DNA of 64,000 nt, from positions 3,200,001-3,264,000 of the forward strand of contig CBDCJO010000002.1 in NCBI GenBank assembly GCA_965217865.1, read 5' to 3'. The position numbers and the translations under genes are program-made. This document shows positions 20,710 to 32,060 of this stretch, piece by piece. A model generated the notes under the pieces. The model saw only the letters and a list, made by a program, of their open reading frames with translations. It had not been told where the DNA came from and did not search any database. This stretch comes from Candidatus Latescibacterota bacterium (GTDB lineage Bacteria > Latescibacterota > UBA2968 > SICM01). Numbering within the stretch: the stretch's first letter is position 1; the number at the start of each line of letters is the position of its first letter.

Positions 20710-22563
20710 GTGAAGGTTCTGAATCCATTTTATTACACGTTCATCAACCTCTGACCAGCTTAGAATGTCTTCTTGGATAAGCCGGTTTAGGAGAGCAACA
20801 TCAGGCTCTGCTTCACCATTGGCTAGAATCCTTCCCCAATATTCTTGACCATCAATGCTGCCACGGTCGTAGTCCTCCCTGTATAGGAAGTATAACTCCT
20901 CAAACTTACTATCAGATATTCCACAGGCCTGCCTAACAGCCCGTTGAAGAACTACCTTTCAACGCACATAAACGGAAAAGACGCCTGGAGTGCGGGTCAG
21001 ATAAATCAAGGTAAGGAGATTGAGCAGGAGACGCTGATAAGAGGTTAAAAAGGTGACCGAGGGCAGCAAACGTGATTGTAGGACGAGCAGTAGACGCTGC
21101 AAGGCCTTGGCCAGGTCCTGGAGGGCCTTCGGAGTACCTACGCCCATCACTTTGCGCATGAGCAGAGCCAGGTTGCAGCCCCCGATGTGGATCAGCAAAC
21201 GCTTGAGGATATTGCCGCGGTCTCTCAAGTGCAACCTGCGCATGCCACCGGTATCATATGTGTGAGCGATGGTTCTTTCCACCCGTTCTGCACGACTTCG
21301 GCGCAAGGCCTTGCCGCGATCTCCCTTGATCCGGCGTCGATTCGCATATACCGCGGCCTGCTCATCTCGTCGGCCGTTCCACTTGCGGCGTCCCCGATCC
21401 GGTTCTGAAATGTAACTCCGGATGCCGCCTTGCTTCAGACTGGTCAATACATCGTTGCTATGATATCCTTTGTCCGCAACCACCTCCCGTATACGCTGTC
21501 TGTGCAAACGTTTGGCAGCTTTTTCGTCCTTCGCGACCTGCTTGAGATTGAGCTGCGCCTCGAGCAGCGTCCAGGGCAACGACTCGGTATCTCCTTCATC
21601 TGCTCCCGACAACGCCACTGCCACAATGGCATTGGTGTCCAGATCCACCGCGTGCTCCACCTTGTGCGCCATGTGCGTGCGACCGTCCTTCATCTTAGCG
21701 ATCTTGGCATCCGGGTCGTGCGGGTGCTCCCAGTCCTGGTTCGATCCCTTCTTCGGTCGCTTCTTATCGATCTTGGACAAGTCCTCGCGGGTAGGCGTTT
21801 CAATGCCCGAGGCCTTGGCCAGATTCTCAAGGAATGCCTGGTAGCCTTCACCCGTGTCACGGCGTACAATGCTGCGCATCGCGGCGTTGGCCTCCAGTGT
21901 CGTAGCATCCACGCCCAACGTCTTCCCCTTCACCAGACCCGCTTTGCACAAGACCCTCAGGATCCACTTGAAAACCGCTTCGTGAACTTCCAAGGGAAGC
22001 CGATGCCGGATGCGAGACAGGCTGGAATGATCCGGGGTCTGTTCGTCAAGGGCATACCCCAAAAACCGGCGCAACGTCAGCGAGTCAGATACACGCCATT
22101 CGATCCCACGTTCCGAATCAAGTCCCTCGAAATACCCAATCAAAAGCATCCGAAAATAAACCCCGGGCGGAATGCCCTTGCGACCCATATGAGGAGCGTA
22201 ATACCGCTGGCAAAGCCCCTCGACGAACTCGTCGAAGCCGTTCGCCCCCAATACCTGATTCAGCTTCTCGTAGAACGGATGACCCGGAGATTTCACCAAA
22301 GTGTTCGATGCGATGAACAGGTTTTCCTGTCTCTGTCGGCCTCGTTTTCCCATTGCCATTTGCTCGTCCTCCCTTCTCAGTTTGAACCTGATATATCATA
22401 GGACCAAACCACAAGGAAAGACAACAGTCATCTTGGCATAAACGCACTTTTTCAACAGGCTGCTAAGCCACTGAGCGCGGTCCTGGTTCTGCGGCTTCGA
22501 TATGACACCACCAAAGTCGAAGACTACTGCCCTGATAGACTGATCCGGTCGTTGCGCTTCGAT
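20710..22563 (-). pseudogene. HAD-family phosphatase cassette gene interrupted by IS1182 copy 2
   Basis: Removing the IS and one TSD restores IRAVVFDFGGVISKPQNQDRAQWLRQACGISDSKFEELYFLYREDYDRG..YW in frame. Confidence 0.8.
20937..22462 (-). mobile_element. IS1182-family copy 2 (transposase 20959-22359), TSD CTAA
   Basis: Near-identical to copy 1. CTAA at 20933-20936 and 22463-22466. Confidence 0.92.
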
Positions 22564-22588
22564 AAGCCTCTCCTATGAATTGCGTTGC

Positions 22589-22610
22589 AGCTAACGGTCG
22601 TGTTATGCGG
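22589..22610 (-). other. Collapsed attC (R'' and R' separated by only 6 bp)
   Basis: Minus strand CCGCATAAC-ACGACC-GTTAGCT. R'' is complementary to GTTATGCGG at the start of the same cassette (23426-23434). Confidence 0.7.
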
Positions 22611-22629
22611 GTTTCCGAGTTATTTCTCT

Positions 22630-23400
22630 CTAGCCAGCTTGGATCCAACGAGACAGAAATCGACGAACATCGAGTTCCCACAGTTCTACGCCTATTCCGA
22701 AGATACCATGACCTCCGCCAGCAGCGGCGTCTATTGGTGGGTATATTCGTGTCTCTTGAATCTTGCCAAGCCTCGCTAGCTCCGCCCCAAGCACATAAGT
22801 GGGAGTAAGGTGATTGTCATTTTGCGCTTGGATTAGAAAGATGGGAACTTCTGTCTTCCCGATTTCCTTTATCATGCACTCCTGAAGTGCTGGAGCGTCT
22901 GGCCATGTTTGGGATAGACCTGCGAAGCTGATCCCAGCTTTGAACTTCGTTGACCGCCCAGCGGCAAGAACTGTCAAGACTCCACCGAAAGACGAGCCAA
23001 CAATCCCTATGCGTTCATCATCGAGATCTGGATGTGTCCTAAGCCAGTCGAGAGCGGCCAGCGTATCGCCACACTCATCATTCAAAGCTTCGACAAGTTG
23101 GTGTCCCATCTCAGGACTTCCCCAAGGTGCGGAGACACGGTCAAGCCAGTACGGTCCGGGACCATTGTTATAACCCCGTCGAATGGCGGCGAAGACTGCA
23201 AACCCCATCTTATTGAGCGCCTTAATTCCTGGTAGCGAAGCAGGAAGTAAGCCGCCACTGCCGTGGTTGAAAAGTACAACAGGAAATGGCCCCTGGCCTG
23301 CTGGCGGCATCAAGAAACCCGTAAGCTCCAAATCGCCGCTCACGTAAGTCACGGCGTAGGGTTCATACACACTCAAGTCTTGTGAGTCCTTCTTGGCCAT
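22630..23400 (-). CDS. Dienelactone hydrolase / alpha-beta hydrolase (gene cassette)
   Basis: GPFPVVLFNHGSGG, GSSFGG nucleophile elbow, GHG. Likely start MAKK at 23400, after the attC. Confidence 0.85.
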   Translation of the reverse strand: MAKKDSQDLSVYEPYAVTYVSGDLELTGFLMPPAGQGPFPVVLFNHGSGGLLPASLPGIKALNKMGFAVFAAIRRGYNNGPGPYWLDRVSAPWGSPEMGHQLVEALNDECGDTLAALDWLRTHPDLDDERIGIVGSSFGGVLTVLAAGRSTKFKAGISFAGLSQTWPDAPALQECMIKEIGKTEVPIFLIQAQNDNHLTPTYVLGAELARLGKIQETRIYPPIDAAAGGGHGIFGIGVELWELDVRRFLSRWIQAG

Positions 23401-23427
23401 CTTCTGTTTTTCCTCGAAGGAAATGCC

Positions 23428-23509
23428 GCATAACGTTTCCAGCACTCCCGACCCCGCAGGGGTTTTGCGAAGGCCCATCGTGCCGAAGCTCGGGAGTGCT
23501 GTGTTAGAA
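23428..23509 (-). other. attC site
   Basis: Minus strand TTCTAAC-ACAGCACTCCCGA...TCGGGAGTGCTGGAAAC-GTTATGC, an imperfect palindrome between two co-oriented genes. Confidence 0.85.
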
Positions 23510-23532
23510 GAAGGGCTGCCTCAGTCGTTCCA

Positions 23533-24045
23533 CTATTCCTTGCAGGCAATGGCAGAAACCCAGGTTTGAGCGAACATGCTTCCTTCTTCGAGACTCCACT
23601 CCCGCAATACTCTGGCGGATCGCTTGTCGCCCTCTCGGTCGAGCTGCTCGGCCAGGTATTCGCCTATGGATTGCAACGAAGAGTAGCACTCGTACCGAGC
23701 GTTCATTCGAATGGAACCGAAACCTGCAGTAGCGAGGTGTATTCCAAGCTTTCTTCCTGCCTTGACATCTCCGCCGTTCTTGGTCTGCAATCTCACGTAG
23801 GATTCTATAGAACGATCTAATTCACGGGATGGTGGAGTTAGGACGAATCCTCCCCAATCTGGACTACAGATTCCCGCGAATCCGCCGGGCTTCAAGACTC
23901 TATGAAACTCACGTATGGCACGAATGGGATCCGAAAGGTGCTCCATTAGCGCATGGCAGAACAGTCGATCAAACTCAGAATCATTGAACGGAAGAGAGTA
24001 GCAATCTGCAGTTCTGAAACGAACGTTTTCGATTTTGCAGCCATT
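23533..24045 (-). pseudogene. Class I SAM methyltransferase, 5'-truncated (cassette)
   Basis: ADCYSLPFNDSEFD...LMEHL..P..IREFHRVLKPGG. Motif I is missing. Confidence 0.8.
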
Positions 24046-24348
24046 AGCCGCGAATGCGCCGGAGCCGCAGCCCGGCGTGTTATGGGAAGTGCCTGGCACT
24101 TAGAATCTATCCGACCACCATATGTATCCGATTGTCTTCGGAAAAAGAGTTGTCAGGACTGGAATCGCGCCTGGCGAGATTTCGACTTCTGGACACTTTG
24201 CCACTTCCTTTACAGAGCGATAACCCAGAACCAGCTGTGCCAGAATCATTTGAGGAATCCTGACCCTTAACACAACTCGCGATGATGGTGGATCAATCGT
24301 CTTAACCCTGCCAGCGGCGGGAGCTTCGGGTGGTATAGAAGGAGAAAG

Positions 24349-24855
24349 ATGCCTAACACTGAAATAGCTATTTTCATCAGTGCGCTTTCCCTTGCCATGG
24401 CAGGACTGTCGCTTGGTTGGAATATTTACAGAGACATAGTCCTCAAGCCTCGCGTAAGAGTCACTGCCATCATAGGCCCTATAATCGCAGCAGGAGTTAA
24501 AGGCGCAGGCCCTACGTATATCTGCATTAATGCCGTAAATTGTGGTCCTGGCAACACCACTCTCTCCCTTATTATTCTAAAGAAAACCTCTCTTTTTAAG
24601 TGGCTGGCACGGAAGTAGGAATCCGGATTTGTTATTCCCGACTATAAGAATCCAGCGAGTGGAAAACTTCCCTGTGAGCTTGGAGTTGGCGAACGGACTT
24701 CTTTACTTTTTCCCTATGATTCGGAATGTTTTCTAAAAGATAACATGTCTCACATTGGCATATCAGACACGTTTGGACGCACTCATTGGATGAAGACCAG
24801 TCAAGTAAAAAAGATGAATGCTCGTTGGCGCAACGAGTTTAAGGTCAGCACATAA
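24349..24855 (+). pseudogene. Membrane-anchored hypothetical protein with internal TAG at 24616
   Basis: RBS AGGAG and an N-terminal TM helix. The frame continues past the stop (ESGFVIPDY...KVST*). Confidence 0.6.
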
Positions 24856-25111
24856 AAACGCATCAAACCGCCAAGTTGGCGAAGCCCTTTTCCCTTTGTG
24901 GCCGGTTTGTTGTCTTGGAAGACGTGGGAGAATGGGCAGACGGAATTGGAGGAAGCATGATGAGTGTGGAGCACCGGGATCCCTGGCGTGCACATCGGGC
25001 CTCTGCGGGAGGATACCGTGCAAATGATCGAGGTGCTGAGGACTGGTGGGGATGCTGATGCTCCTCTCGGCGTCTCGAGTTATATGGAACAAAAAACGGT
25101 CGGAATAACAA

Positions 25112-27094
25112 ATGATACTTCCAGACAACGAAACTAGAGTCGACCTGCTCAACAACGAAGCCATTGCTACAACGATTGTGAGATTGCTCAGAGACCGGCC
25201 CGATCAGCCGGTATCCGTAGGTGTGCATGGCGACTGGGGGGCCGGAAAATCCAGCGTGCTGGAGATGATCGAAGCCGGGCTTGAAGGCGAAGAGAAAGTT
25301 TTGTGCCTCAAGTTCAATGGCTGGCGGTTCCAGGGATTCGAGGACGCCAAAATCGCCCTTATAGAGGACATCGTTACGGGGCTTATCGAAAAGCGTCCTG
25401 CTCTCAAAAAGGCAGAGGACGCTGTCAAGGACATTCTACGTCGGATCGACTGGCTCAAAGCTGCGAAGAAGGTAGGCGGTCTCGCCTTCACGGCCTTCTC
25501 CGGTATCCCCTCTCCCGATCAGGTCCAGTCCATTGTCGGAACATTGGAAGGATTCCTTGGTGATCCGACAAAACTCGCGACCAAAGACAATATCCAAACA
25601 GCCATCGACGGTGTGCGGAGCTTGCTGAAGCCGAAGGAGGAAGGTGATCTGACAAATGTGCCCGAAGAAATCAATGGCTTCCGGAATGCGTTTGACGATC
25701 TACTTGAGAAGGCTGGTGTCGAGCAGTTGGTAGTCCTCATAGACGATTTAGACCGTTGCCTTCCAGATACTGCCATAGAGACGCTCGAAGCAGTGCGCCT
25801 CTTCGTGTTCACGTCTCGCACTGCCTTTGTTGTCGCTGCCGATGAAGCGATGATTGAATACGCGGTACGCAAACACTTTCCCGATCTACCAGACACGACC
25901 GGACCGCAGACCTACGCGCGGAACTATCTTGAGAAGCTCATTCAAGTTCCGTTCCGCATACCGGCACTCGGCGATACCGAGACGCGCATCTATATCACGC
26001 TACTTCTAATCGGGGCGGAGTTGGGCGAGGACGATCCCGCATTCAGTACATTGATCGCCGCCGCGCGAGAGCGGCTGAAGCGGCCATGGATAGCTAGCGC
26101 TCTCGATGCTACGGCGGTGAATACCGCGCTCGGCGAAAATGCCTCCAGTGCCACCAGGGCACTGGCTCTCAGTGATCAAATCGGTCCGATCCTGAGCAGT
26201 GGGACTAAGGGTAACCCGCGCCAGATTAAGCGGTTCCTCAACACTCTGGTGCTGAGGCAACAAACGGCCGAGGCGCGAGGGTTCGGTGACGATGTGAAGC
26301 TTCCGGTTCTCGCCAAACTCATGCTGGCCGAACGGTTCCTACCACACTTGTTCGATCAGATCGCAGTCGCCGCAGCTGCGGCACCCGATGGTAAGTGTTC
26401 CGACTTGGCCGCACTGGAGGAGATCGCGAGCGAGGACGAAACAGCAAAGCGGAAGGGCAAACCGAAGAAATGTGCGACCTCAAGAGCCGACGATGGATTC
26501 AAGACATCGGCGAAATTGAAGGTCGCCGGTGCCGCGGAAAGCACGTTACTGGATGAGTGGCGATCTTCCCTGGCGATTATGGCTTGGGCGTCCGTCCGAA
26601 CGCTGCTTGGCGACGAAGATCTCCGCCCCTACCTCTTCGTTGCCAAGGACCGAAAAGATTATTTCGGGGCAGCATCGGCACTTGGTCACTTAGCGGAGGT
26701 TGTGGAACAACTCTTGGGCGGCAAATTCGCGGTTCAGGGCCTGGAAGCCGACCTTGGACGGCTCGCCCCGCCGGAAGCGGCTCAGGTGTTCGATGCTGTG
26801 CGCGGACGGATAGTTGGCAGCGATAGCTTCGATACCGAACCGCCTGGTGCTGCCGGCCTCAGCGTGCTTGTCAAAGCGCATCCGCTACTCCAACGCAATC
26901 TGGTCGAGTTCCTCGAAGCTCTTCCACGTGATCGGCTGGGTCCTTGGGCTTGCAAGGGCTGGGAAGGCGTGCTCAAGGAACCCGAAGAGTTTGAGCGCTT
27001 CGATAGCATCCTCGAAGTCTGGACCAAGGGGGGTAGCGAAATGCTTAAAACCACTGCCAGGAGTGTCCTACGCACCCGGAAACGGAGCCGGTGA
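25112..27094 (+). CDS. qatA: Qat anti-phage system KAP-family ATPase QatA
   Basis: MILPDNETRVDLLN, GDWGAGKS, LIDDLDRC, YLEKLIQVPF, GNPRQIKRFLN. Followed by an MGTS-type QatB start. Confidence 0.88.
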   Translation: MILPDNETRVDLLNNEAIATTIVRLLRDRPDQPVSVGVHGDWGAGKSSVLEMIEAGLEGEEKVLCLKFNGWRFQGFEDAKIALIEDIVTGLIEKRPALKKAEDAVKDILRRIDWLKAAKKVGGLAFTAFSGIPSPDQVQSIVGTLEGFLGDPTKLATKDNIQTAIDGVRSLLKPKEEGDLTNVPEEINGFRNAFDDLLEKAGVEQLVVLIDDLDRCLPDTAIETLEAVRLFVFTSRTAFVVAADEAMIEYAVRKHFPDLPDTTGPQTYARNYLEKLIQVPFRIPALGDTETRIYITLLLIGAELGEDDPAFSTLIAAARERLKRPWIASALDATAVNTALGENASSATRALALSDQIGPILSSGTKGNPRQIKRFLNTLVLRQQTAEARGFGDDVKLPVLAKLMLAERFLPHLFDQIAVAAAAAPDGKCSDLAALEEIASEDETAKRKGKPKKCATSRADDGFKTSAKLKVAGAAESTLLDEWRSSLAIMAWASVRTLLGDEDLRPYLFVAKDRKDYFGAASALGHLAEVVEQLLGGKFAVQGLEADLGRLAPPEAAQVFDAVRGRIVGSDSFDTEPPGAAGLSVLVKAHPLLQRNLVEFLEALPRDRLGPWACKGWEGVLKEPEEFERFDSILEVWTKGGSEMLKTTARSVLRTRKRSR

Positions 27095-27455
27095 TGGGAA
27101 CTTCCAGCACATTCTACGGCCAACCCGGTAGTACACCCCTCGTGCCGAGCTGGTTGGGCGACGAAAATTCTACGGCCGAAGTACCTGATGGGACGGAATC
27201 GGATCAACAGCCTCCAGCAAGCACACCAGTTCCGCCAATAGCCGATCCGACCCGCTTCTCGGCGGCACGTAATAACTTTCCCCGGTTTGCGAGCTCCGGC
27301 GGAACCGACCGCCGGAGTCTCGGCCGGGTTGTGTCCCACTATGTCGGCTCCTCCACCGGAGGAACTCGGACCGCTGCCGTCAGGATGGGATCGTCCCGTC
27401 GCACCGGAGCTCGCTTGCTGGGCATACTGTCTGACGTGGCCGCACGGGGTGCCGG
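27094..27455 (+). pseudogene. qatB: QatB, truncated (followed by a possible few-codon QatC remnant)
   Basis: MGTSSTFYG..TPLVPSWL...RFSAARNNF.RFASSGG; overlaps the qatA stop. Confidence 0.75.
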
Positions 27456-27688
27456 TGCGCGACACGTTATCATCGGCCGCTACGGCGCAAACGACCGCGG
27501 TCGTTTGCTGCCGGGCATTCTGGCAGACGTAGCAGCCGAACGCCTTGGAAGACCGTTGTTCTGCGTTGAACCTCTGCCAGGGTTTACATCTCAGTTCAGC
27601 GGCAACGCAGAGCTCCTTCGCTCGGGCCGAGCGCGTCCAGTCTCGCCCTGAAACGCTGTCACTTCGGTTCTATCAGCGGCCAACGAGC

Positions 27689-27895
27689 ATGCCGATAAGA
27701 CATCTCGCATTTGATCTTGACGAGACGCTCATCGACACGCGCGATCAGATAGTCGAAAGCATCATGGCTTGCTTGGCGCGGGAGCAACGAACCAAGAACA
27801 CTCGTTCGAGGCTCCACCGGGATGCGCATAGATCTCCAAAGGCCATTCTGGGCGAGTTCGGCATCGCCAGTCTGAAGGCGTACTGGCGCCACCAA
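27689..27895 (+). pseudogene. HAD hydrolase N-terminal fragment
   Basis: MPIRHLAFDLDETLIDT motif I. Confidence 0.6.
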
Positions 27896-27939
27896 AGACC
27901 CAGAGTGTCCAGAGTCCTAGAAGCGCTAGAAGGGAAGTC

Positions 27940-28050
27940 ATCGGACGCGCGCGGCAAGGCGCATGTGCACGTCATTATTCTCGGACTCGATCGGCGGGAG
28001 GATGTGCGAACGGAAAAGGGCCTGTTCGGCTATCCCGACATCAACGGCGA
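27940..28050 (+). repeat. 111-bp MmeI-like methylase fragment duplicated (inverted) at 61160-61270
   Basis: SDARGKAHVHVIILGL...GYPDINGE, with one visible mismatch between the copies. Confidence 0.88.
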
Positions 28051-28135
28051 ACGCTTTTCGTGCATGGGGGCCGTGTAGCGAGCCAACAAGAGTAGCAGTC
28101 CAAGCCGATGACGGTGGTACATCGGGGCGGATGGG

Positions 28136-28939
28136 ATGGATACGGGATGGAACAAGACGATGCTCCTGGTAAATCAAGTTGAGTTACTGCGCCGGTACAT
28201 TGAGCAATTTCGGAATCAACGACTTGCATTGCCGTTGATGGGCGGGGTATCCGATACCAGTCAGACCTATCGATTCAAATCCCTTCTGCTTCCAGCGCGA
28301 GACATTGCGACAACGATTGCGCAAGCGGACCCCGCTGGAGACAAACTTCCCGACCGCCTACGGGGTTGGAATGTGGATGTTGAGGATGGTTGGGGGAAGG
28401 CCAAGACGGTACATCTGAAAAAACTGCTCGGGATGATCATCCATGTGTACTATCTAAACGTCGGGCAAAACCGCCTCGATATCTCTAATGATTTAGGAGA
28501 ACGGGTGATCGTACCGTACGATTCGTTCCTCGCGCTTGTCCAACGTCTTGTACTGACACCTGAAGACATTTGCCTCGTAATCTGTAGTTTGGCGGAAGAA
28601 AGATTCAAGAGCAGGCAAGCGATACGAGCGTTGAGGTTTGATGTGCCGGGATCGGGCGACCTCTTGCACTGCCTCTGGACGATTGGTAAGTGGCCGGCCC
28701 TAAAGGAGATAATCTGGAGCAGATTCTTCGCCGACCAGAGTTCTACTGTCGATCCCAATTGCAAAACCATCAACGATGTTCCCTTTGGCATGGGTGGCCG
28801 GCATACAGAGTCGGCCATAACGTGGCACATGGGGTGGCGAAGGGATGATGTTTACGCGACCTCGTGGATTGACGTCTCCTGCTTGATCCATGAGATCCGA
28901 GGCTACTTTTGTAATTCAATTCCCCGACGCCGGCCATAA
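28136..28939 (+). CDS. Hypothetical protein
   Basis: 267-aa ORF with plausible composition and no recognised motif. Confidence 0.55.
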   Translation: MDTGWNKTMLLVNQVELLRRYIEQFRNQRLALPLMGGVSDTSQTYRFKSLLLPARDIATTIAQADPAGDKLPDRLRGWNVDVEDGWGKAKTVHLKKLLGMIIHVYYLNVGQNRLDISNDLGERVIVPYDSFLALVQRLVLTPEDICLVICSLAEERFKSRQAIRALRFDVPGSGDLLHCLWTIGKWPALKEIIWSRFFADQSSTVDPNCKTINDVPFGMGGRHTESAITWHMGWRRDDVYATSWIDVSCLIHEIRGYFCNSIPRRRP

Positions 28940-29167
28940 CCTTCCTGCAGAAAGTTACGCACTCCCGAGTCAACTGGTTTGGAGTTCTCGACGAGTCCTG
29001 GCGAAGGGCAACGGCGGAACAGGTTCTGAGTGGGCGGTGCTCAACAGCGGTCAGATGCGGTGGATGTTGCGCGGCACCATCACGCAGATATTCAACAACG
29101 TCACGCGGATGCGGTTGGGTTGGCATTAGCTGAGGCCGCGATCTAGTCTTAGTCGCACCGGATTGGC

Positions 29168-30165
29168 GACACGAGAGATATATTTGAAAGTTGTGGATAA
29201 GAAAAACTAAAGAGCGTATCCTTTGATATCCCAAAATATCAAAACGCCCTCATTTGAGGGAGAAAGGACACGCTCTATGGAAGAATATACCTCATTAGAA
29301 GTCGGAAGCATAGTCGAAGATGCAGCGATCGACTCTCTGGAAAACCTGTTGGGGCGAGGTGCCCGGAGAATGCTGCAGGCTGCATTAGAGCATGAAGTGT
29401 CTGAATACGTTAATTGTTACAAAAGCATTTCAGATGAACAGGGCCACCGCCAAGTCGTTCGTAATGGATCTCACAAGCAGCGGGAAGTGACCACCGGCAT
29501 CGGCAAGATTCCGATAAAGCAACCTCGTGTGAATGACCGCAAGGAAGGACAACGGTTCACAAGTGCGATTCTGCCCAAATATGCCCGCCGTTCTCCCAGT
29601 ATCGACACGCTGATCCCAACGCTGTATCTGAAAGGCGCCTCGACATCCTCCTTCTCTGAGGCCCTGGAGGCGATTCTCGGTAAAGGTGCACCGGGTTTAT
29701 CACCGACCAATGTCACCAGGCTGAAGCAAATCTGGGAAGATGAGCATAAGAACTGGAAGCAGCGCGACCTGACCGGAAAACACCACGTGTATGTGTGGGC
29801 GAACGGGATCTATTTCAACGTGCGCCTGGATAAGGATCGTCCCTGTGTGCTCGTGCTGGTCGGTGCAACGGCTGATGGCTGCAAGGAAGTCATCGCTATC
29901 GAGGACGGTCAGCGTGAGAGCAAGCTATCCTGGCAAACCCTGTTGCGGGATCTCAAAGCACGGGGTTTGACGATCGACCCATCCCTGGCCGTAGGAGACG
30001 GTTCTCTGGGCTTCTGGCGGCATTGGAAGAGGAGTACCCCCGGACAAAGCACCAGCGATGTTGGGTCCATAAGACTGCCAACGTGCTGGACAAACTCCCG
30101 AAATCCGTTCAGCCCGACGCTAAGAGGCTGATCCACGAAATGTATCGATCACCGAGCCGTAAACC
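29168..30165 (+). mobile_element. IS256-family element, left end plus 5' part of transposase (frameshifted, truncated)
   Basis: VVRNG...PRVNDR..FTSAILPKY, LYLKG. Overlaps in sequence with 8650-9020. Confidence 0.88.
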
Positions 30166-30326
30166 GTTTCTCAAGTACATCGACGATTGCGTTAATCTGA
30201 GGCACGAATTCTGTCAGAAATAATCTTGTCCAGAAGTCATCCCAAACTTTAGCCATGATTCCATACTCCTTGGTTTGTCAGGTGATGTGGAAAAGGGGGA
30301 TATAGGCTTAAAAGGGAGAGCATCAT

Positions 30327-30458
30327 GACACGAGATATATTTGAAAGTTGTGGATAAGAAAAGCTAAAGAGCTTATCCTTTGATATCCCAAAATATCAAA
30401 CGCCCTCATTTGAGGGAGAAAAGGACACGCTCTATGGAAGAATATACCTCATTAGAAG
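30327..30458 (+). mobile_element. Second copy of the IS256 left end (solo)
   Basis: Direct repeat of 29168-29300 (GATATATTTGAAAGTTGTGGATAAG...ATGGAAGAATATACCTCATTAGAAG). Confidence 0.85.
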
Positions 30459-30700
30459 AGGCCCTGCCGCTTCGGGCATAGTCTTTGATCGCCTGTTGTG
30501 AACCCCGTTGTCAATCGCTTGTGTCCAAACTTACTCTGTCGTTAATGTCGTAGGGCTCACGACTGGCATGGCGTGCTGTATCCTTATTCTGCTCTACGTT
30601 AAGAGACCTGAATGGAATTCCGCATTGCCGATACCTTCACCTATACCGCTCGGTGCATTGCAACGATAATGGTCATGTCCAGAACAAAGGAGGAGAAAGC

Positions 30701-31676
30701 ATGAACGAAAAACCAGTCTGTCCAATCTGGGGCACAAGAGCTTCCGTAAAGTCCATGCCCAATGGTCGCGACGGCGATTCTGTGGATTCGTCGCGCGCTG
30801 GTGGCAAGTATTTCATTGATAGGACTGCATCAGCGATCCTGAAATCATACGATGAACCCCTAAAAGTTACGTCTGACGTCATGGTTGATCGAACAACGAC
30901 GGCTGGGTGTGCAATACCCGGAAGTAAGTACTGATACGATTAAAGTCGTAGAAGGTCGACAAAAATTACCGGTCCATGAGCGTGCGGACATGCTTCTCAG
31001 ATACATTGGACAAACAGTTCTATTCATTGGATGTCCATTTAACTTTTCCAGGAATGAAAGCAGTCATGATTCTATGAAAATGCTGGCGTGGTCAGAATCC
31101 ACTAGAGGAGATGAGATCGAATATTTGCTACGTTACTTGGAGAACCAAGGTTGGCTGGAAGGAACTATCTCTACTAATCAGGACAAACAATTCACCCTTA
31201 CGGTAGAGGGTTACGCCCATCTTGAGGAGCTTGATCACACGGTCACCGTTTCATCGAAAGCCTTCGTGGCGATGTGGTTTGACGACTCTATGGTCGATGC
31301 GTGGGAACAAGGCATCGATCCCGCGGTCAAGGACGCTGGATACGAAGCAATGCGAATCGATTGGAAAGAGCACGTAAATAGGATAGACGATGAGATCATA
31401 GCCGAAATTCGGAGAGCTCGCTTTCTAGTCGCGGACTTCACACAGGGAGAGGTCGGGCCTCGCGGGGGCGTCTATTATGAAGCGGGCTTCGCGTATGGAC
31501 TCGATATTCCAGTGATATTTACTTGTCGGAAGGATGCATTGGAGAAGATCCACTTCGACACACGGCAGTACAATCACATTGTTTGGGAGACACCGGAGGA
31601 ATTGCGGGACAAGCTCGCAAAGCGTATTGGTGCTGTAATCGGAGATGGACCACTCAAGGACAGCGATGAACGGTAA
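30701..31676 (+). pseudogene. wHTH plus nucleoside 2-deoxyribosyltransferase-like/TIR-like effector, frameshifted near 30865
   Basis: RBS and MNEKPVCPIWGT start. C-terminal AFVAMWF..RIDDEIIAEIRR..VADFT..GVYYEAGFAYG..HFD..YNHIVW is intact in ORF 30885-31676. Confidence 0.75.
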
Positions 31677-31774
31677 TGATTGCTGGTGGGATTGGCGGCT
31701 TTACCAACACGATTGCTCGCTTAAGGATTGGTGCGGGTGGTGATGTATTACTTTAGTGGCGAAAGTTGGCGTAC

Positions 31775-32060
31775 GATAAGCGGTGCGAGTATTGCGCTCG
31801 ACGAAACGCAGGGCGTCCTCGATGTCGGCCACGATCCCGCCGTCGAAATCCTTACGGTCCAGGATGTGTACCTTGTCAGTGCCCCTTGCCAGCAGGCAGG
31901 TGATGTAGGCCTGCGGAAAGAAGCGGCGCACGTTCCTGGCGAAGAAGAGCGCTCCCGCGTTTCGGAAGAGCAATGTGCCATCCGCTCTTTCGGCCGCCTC
32001 GATGTTGACCAGCACGTCCTCGACCTGAGGCCGGCCGGGTTGCTCAATTCGTCGGCGTCG
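31775..32060 (-). pseudogene. Internal fragment of AlbA/RecG-C (HATPase_c_4)-type ATP-binding regulator
   Basis: NAGALFFA...FPQAYITC..GTDK..ILDRKDFDG....IEDALRFVERN. Confidence 0.7.

Noticed and set aside
20930-20937. GTTAGGC (minus strand) at the IS1182 junction as an attC core
   Set aside because: It is created by the IS terminal G plus the TTAG target inside a HAD coding sequence.
24265-24340. Possible attC or IS200/IS605 end
   Set aside because: Only short TTAAC motifs and a weak hairpin are present, with no associated transposase.
24616-24618. In-frame TAG as pyrrolysine or readthrough
   Set aside because: A single stop in a region full of pseudogenes. Other genes use TAG as a normal stop.
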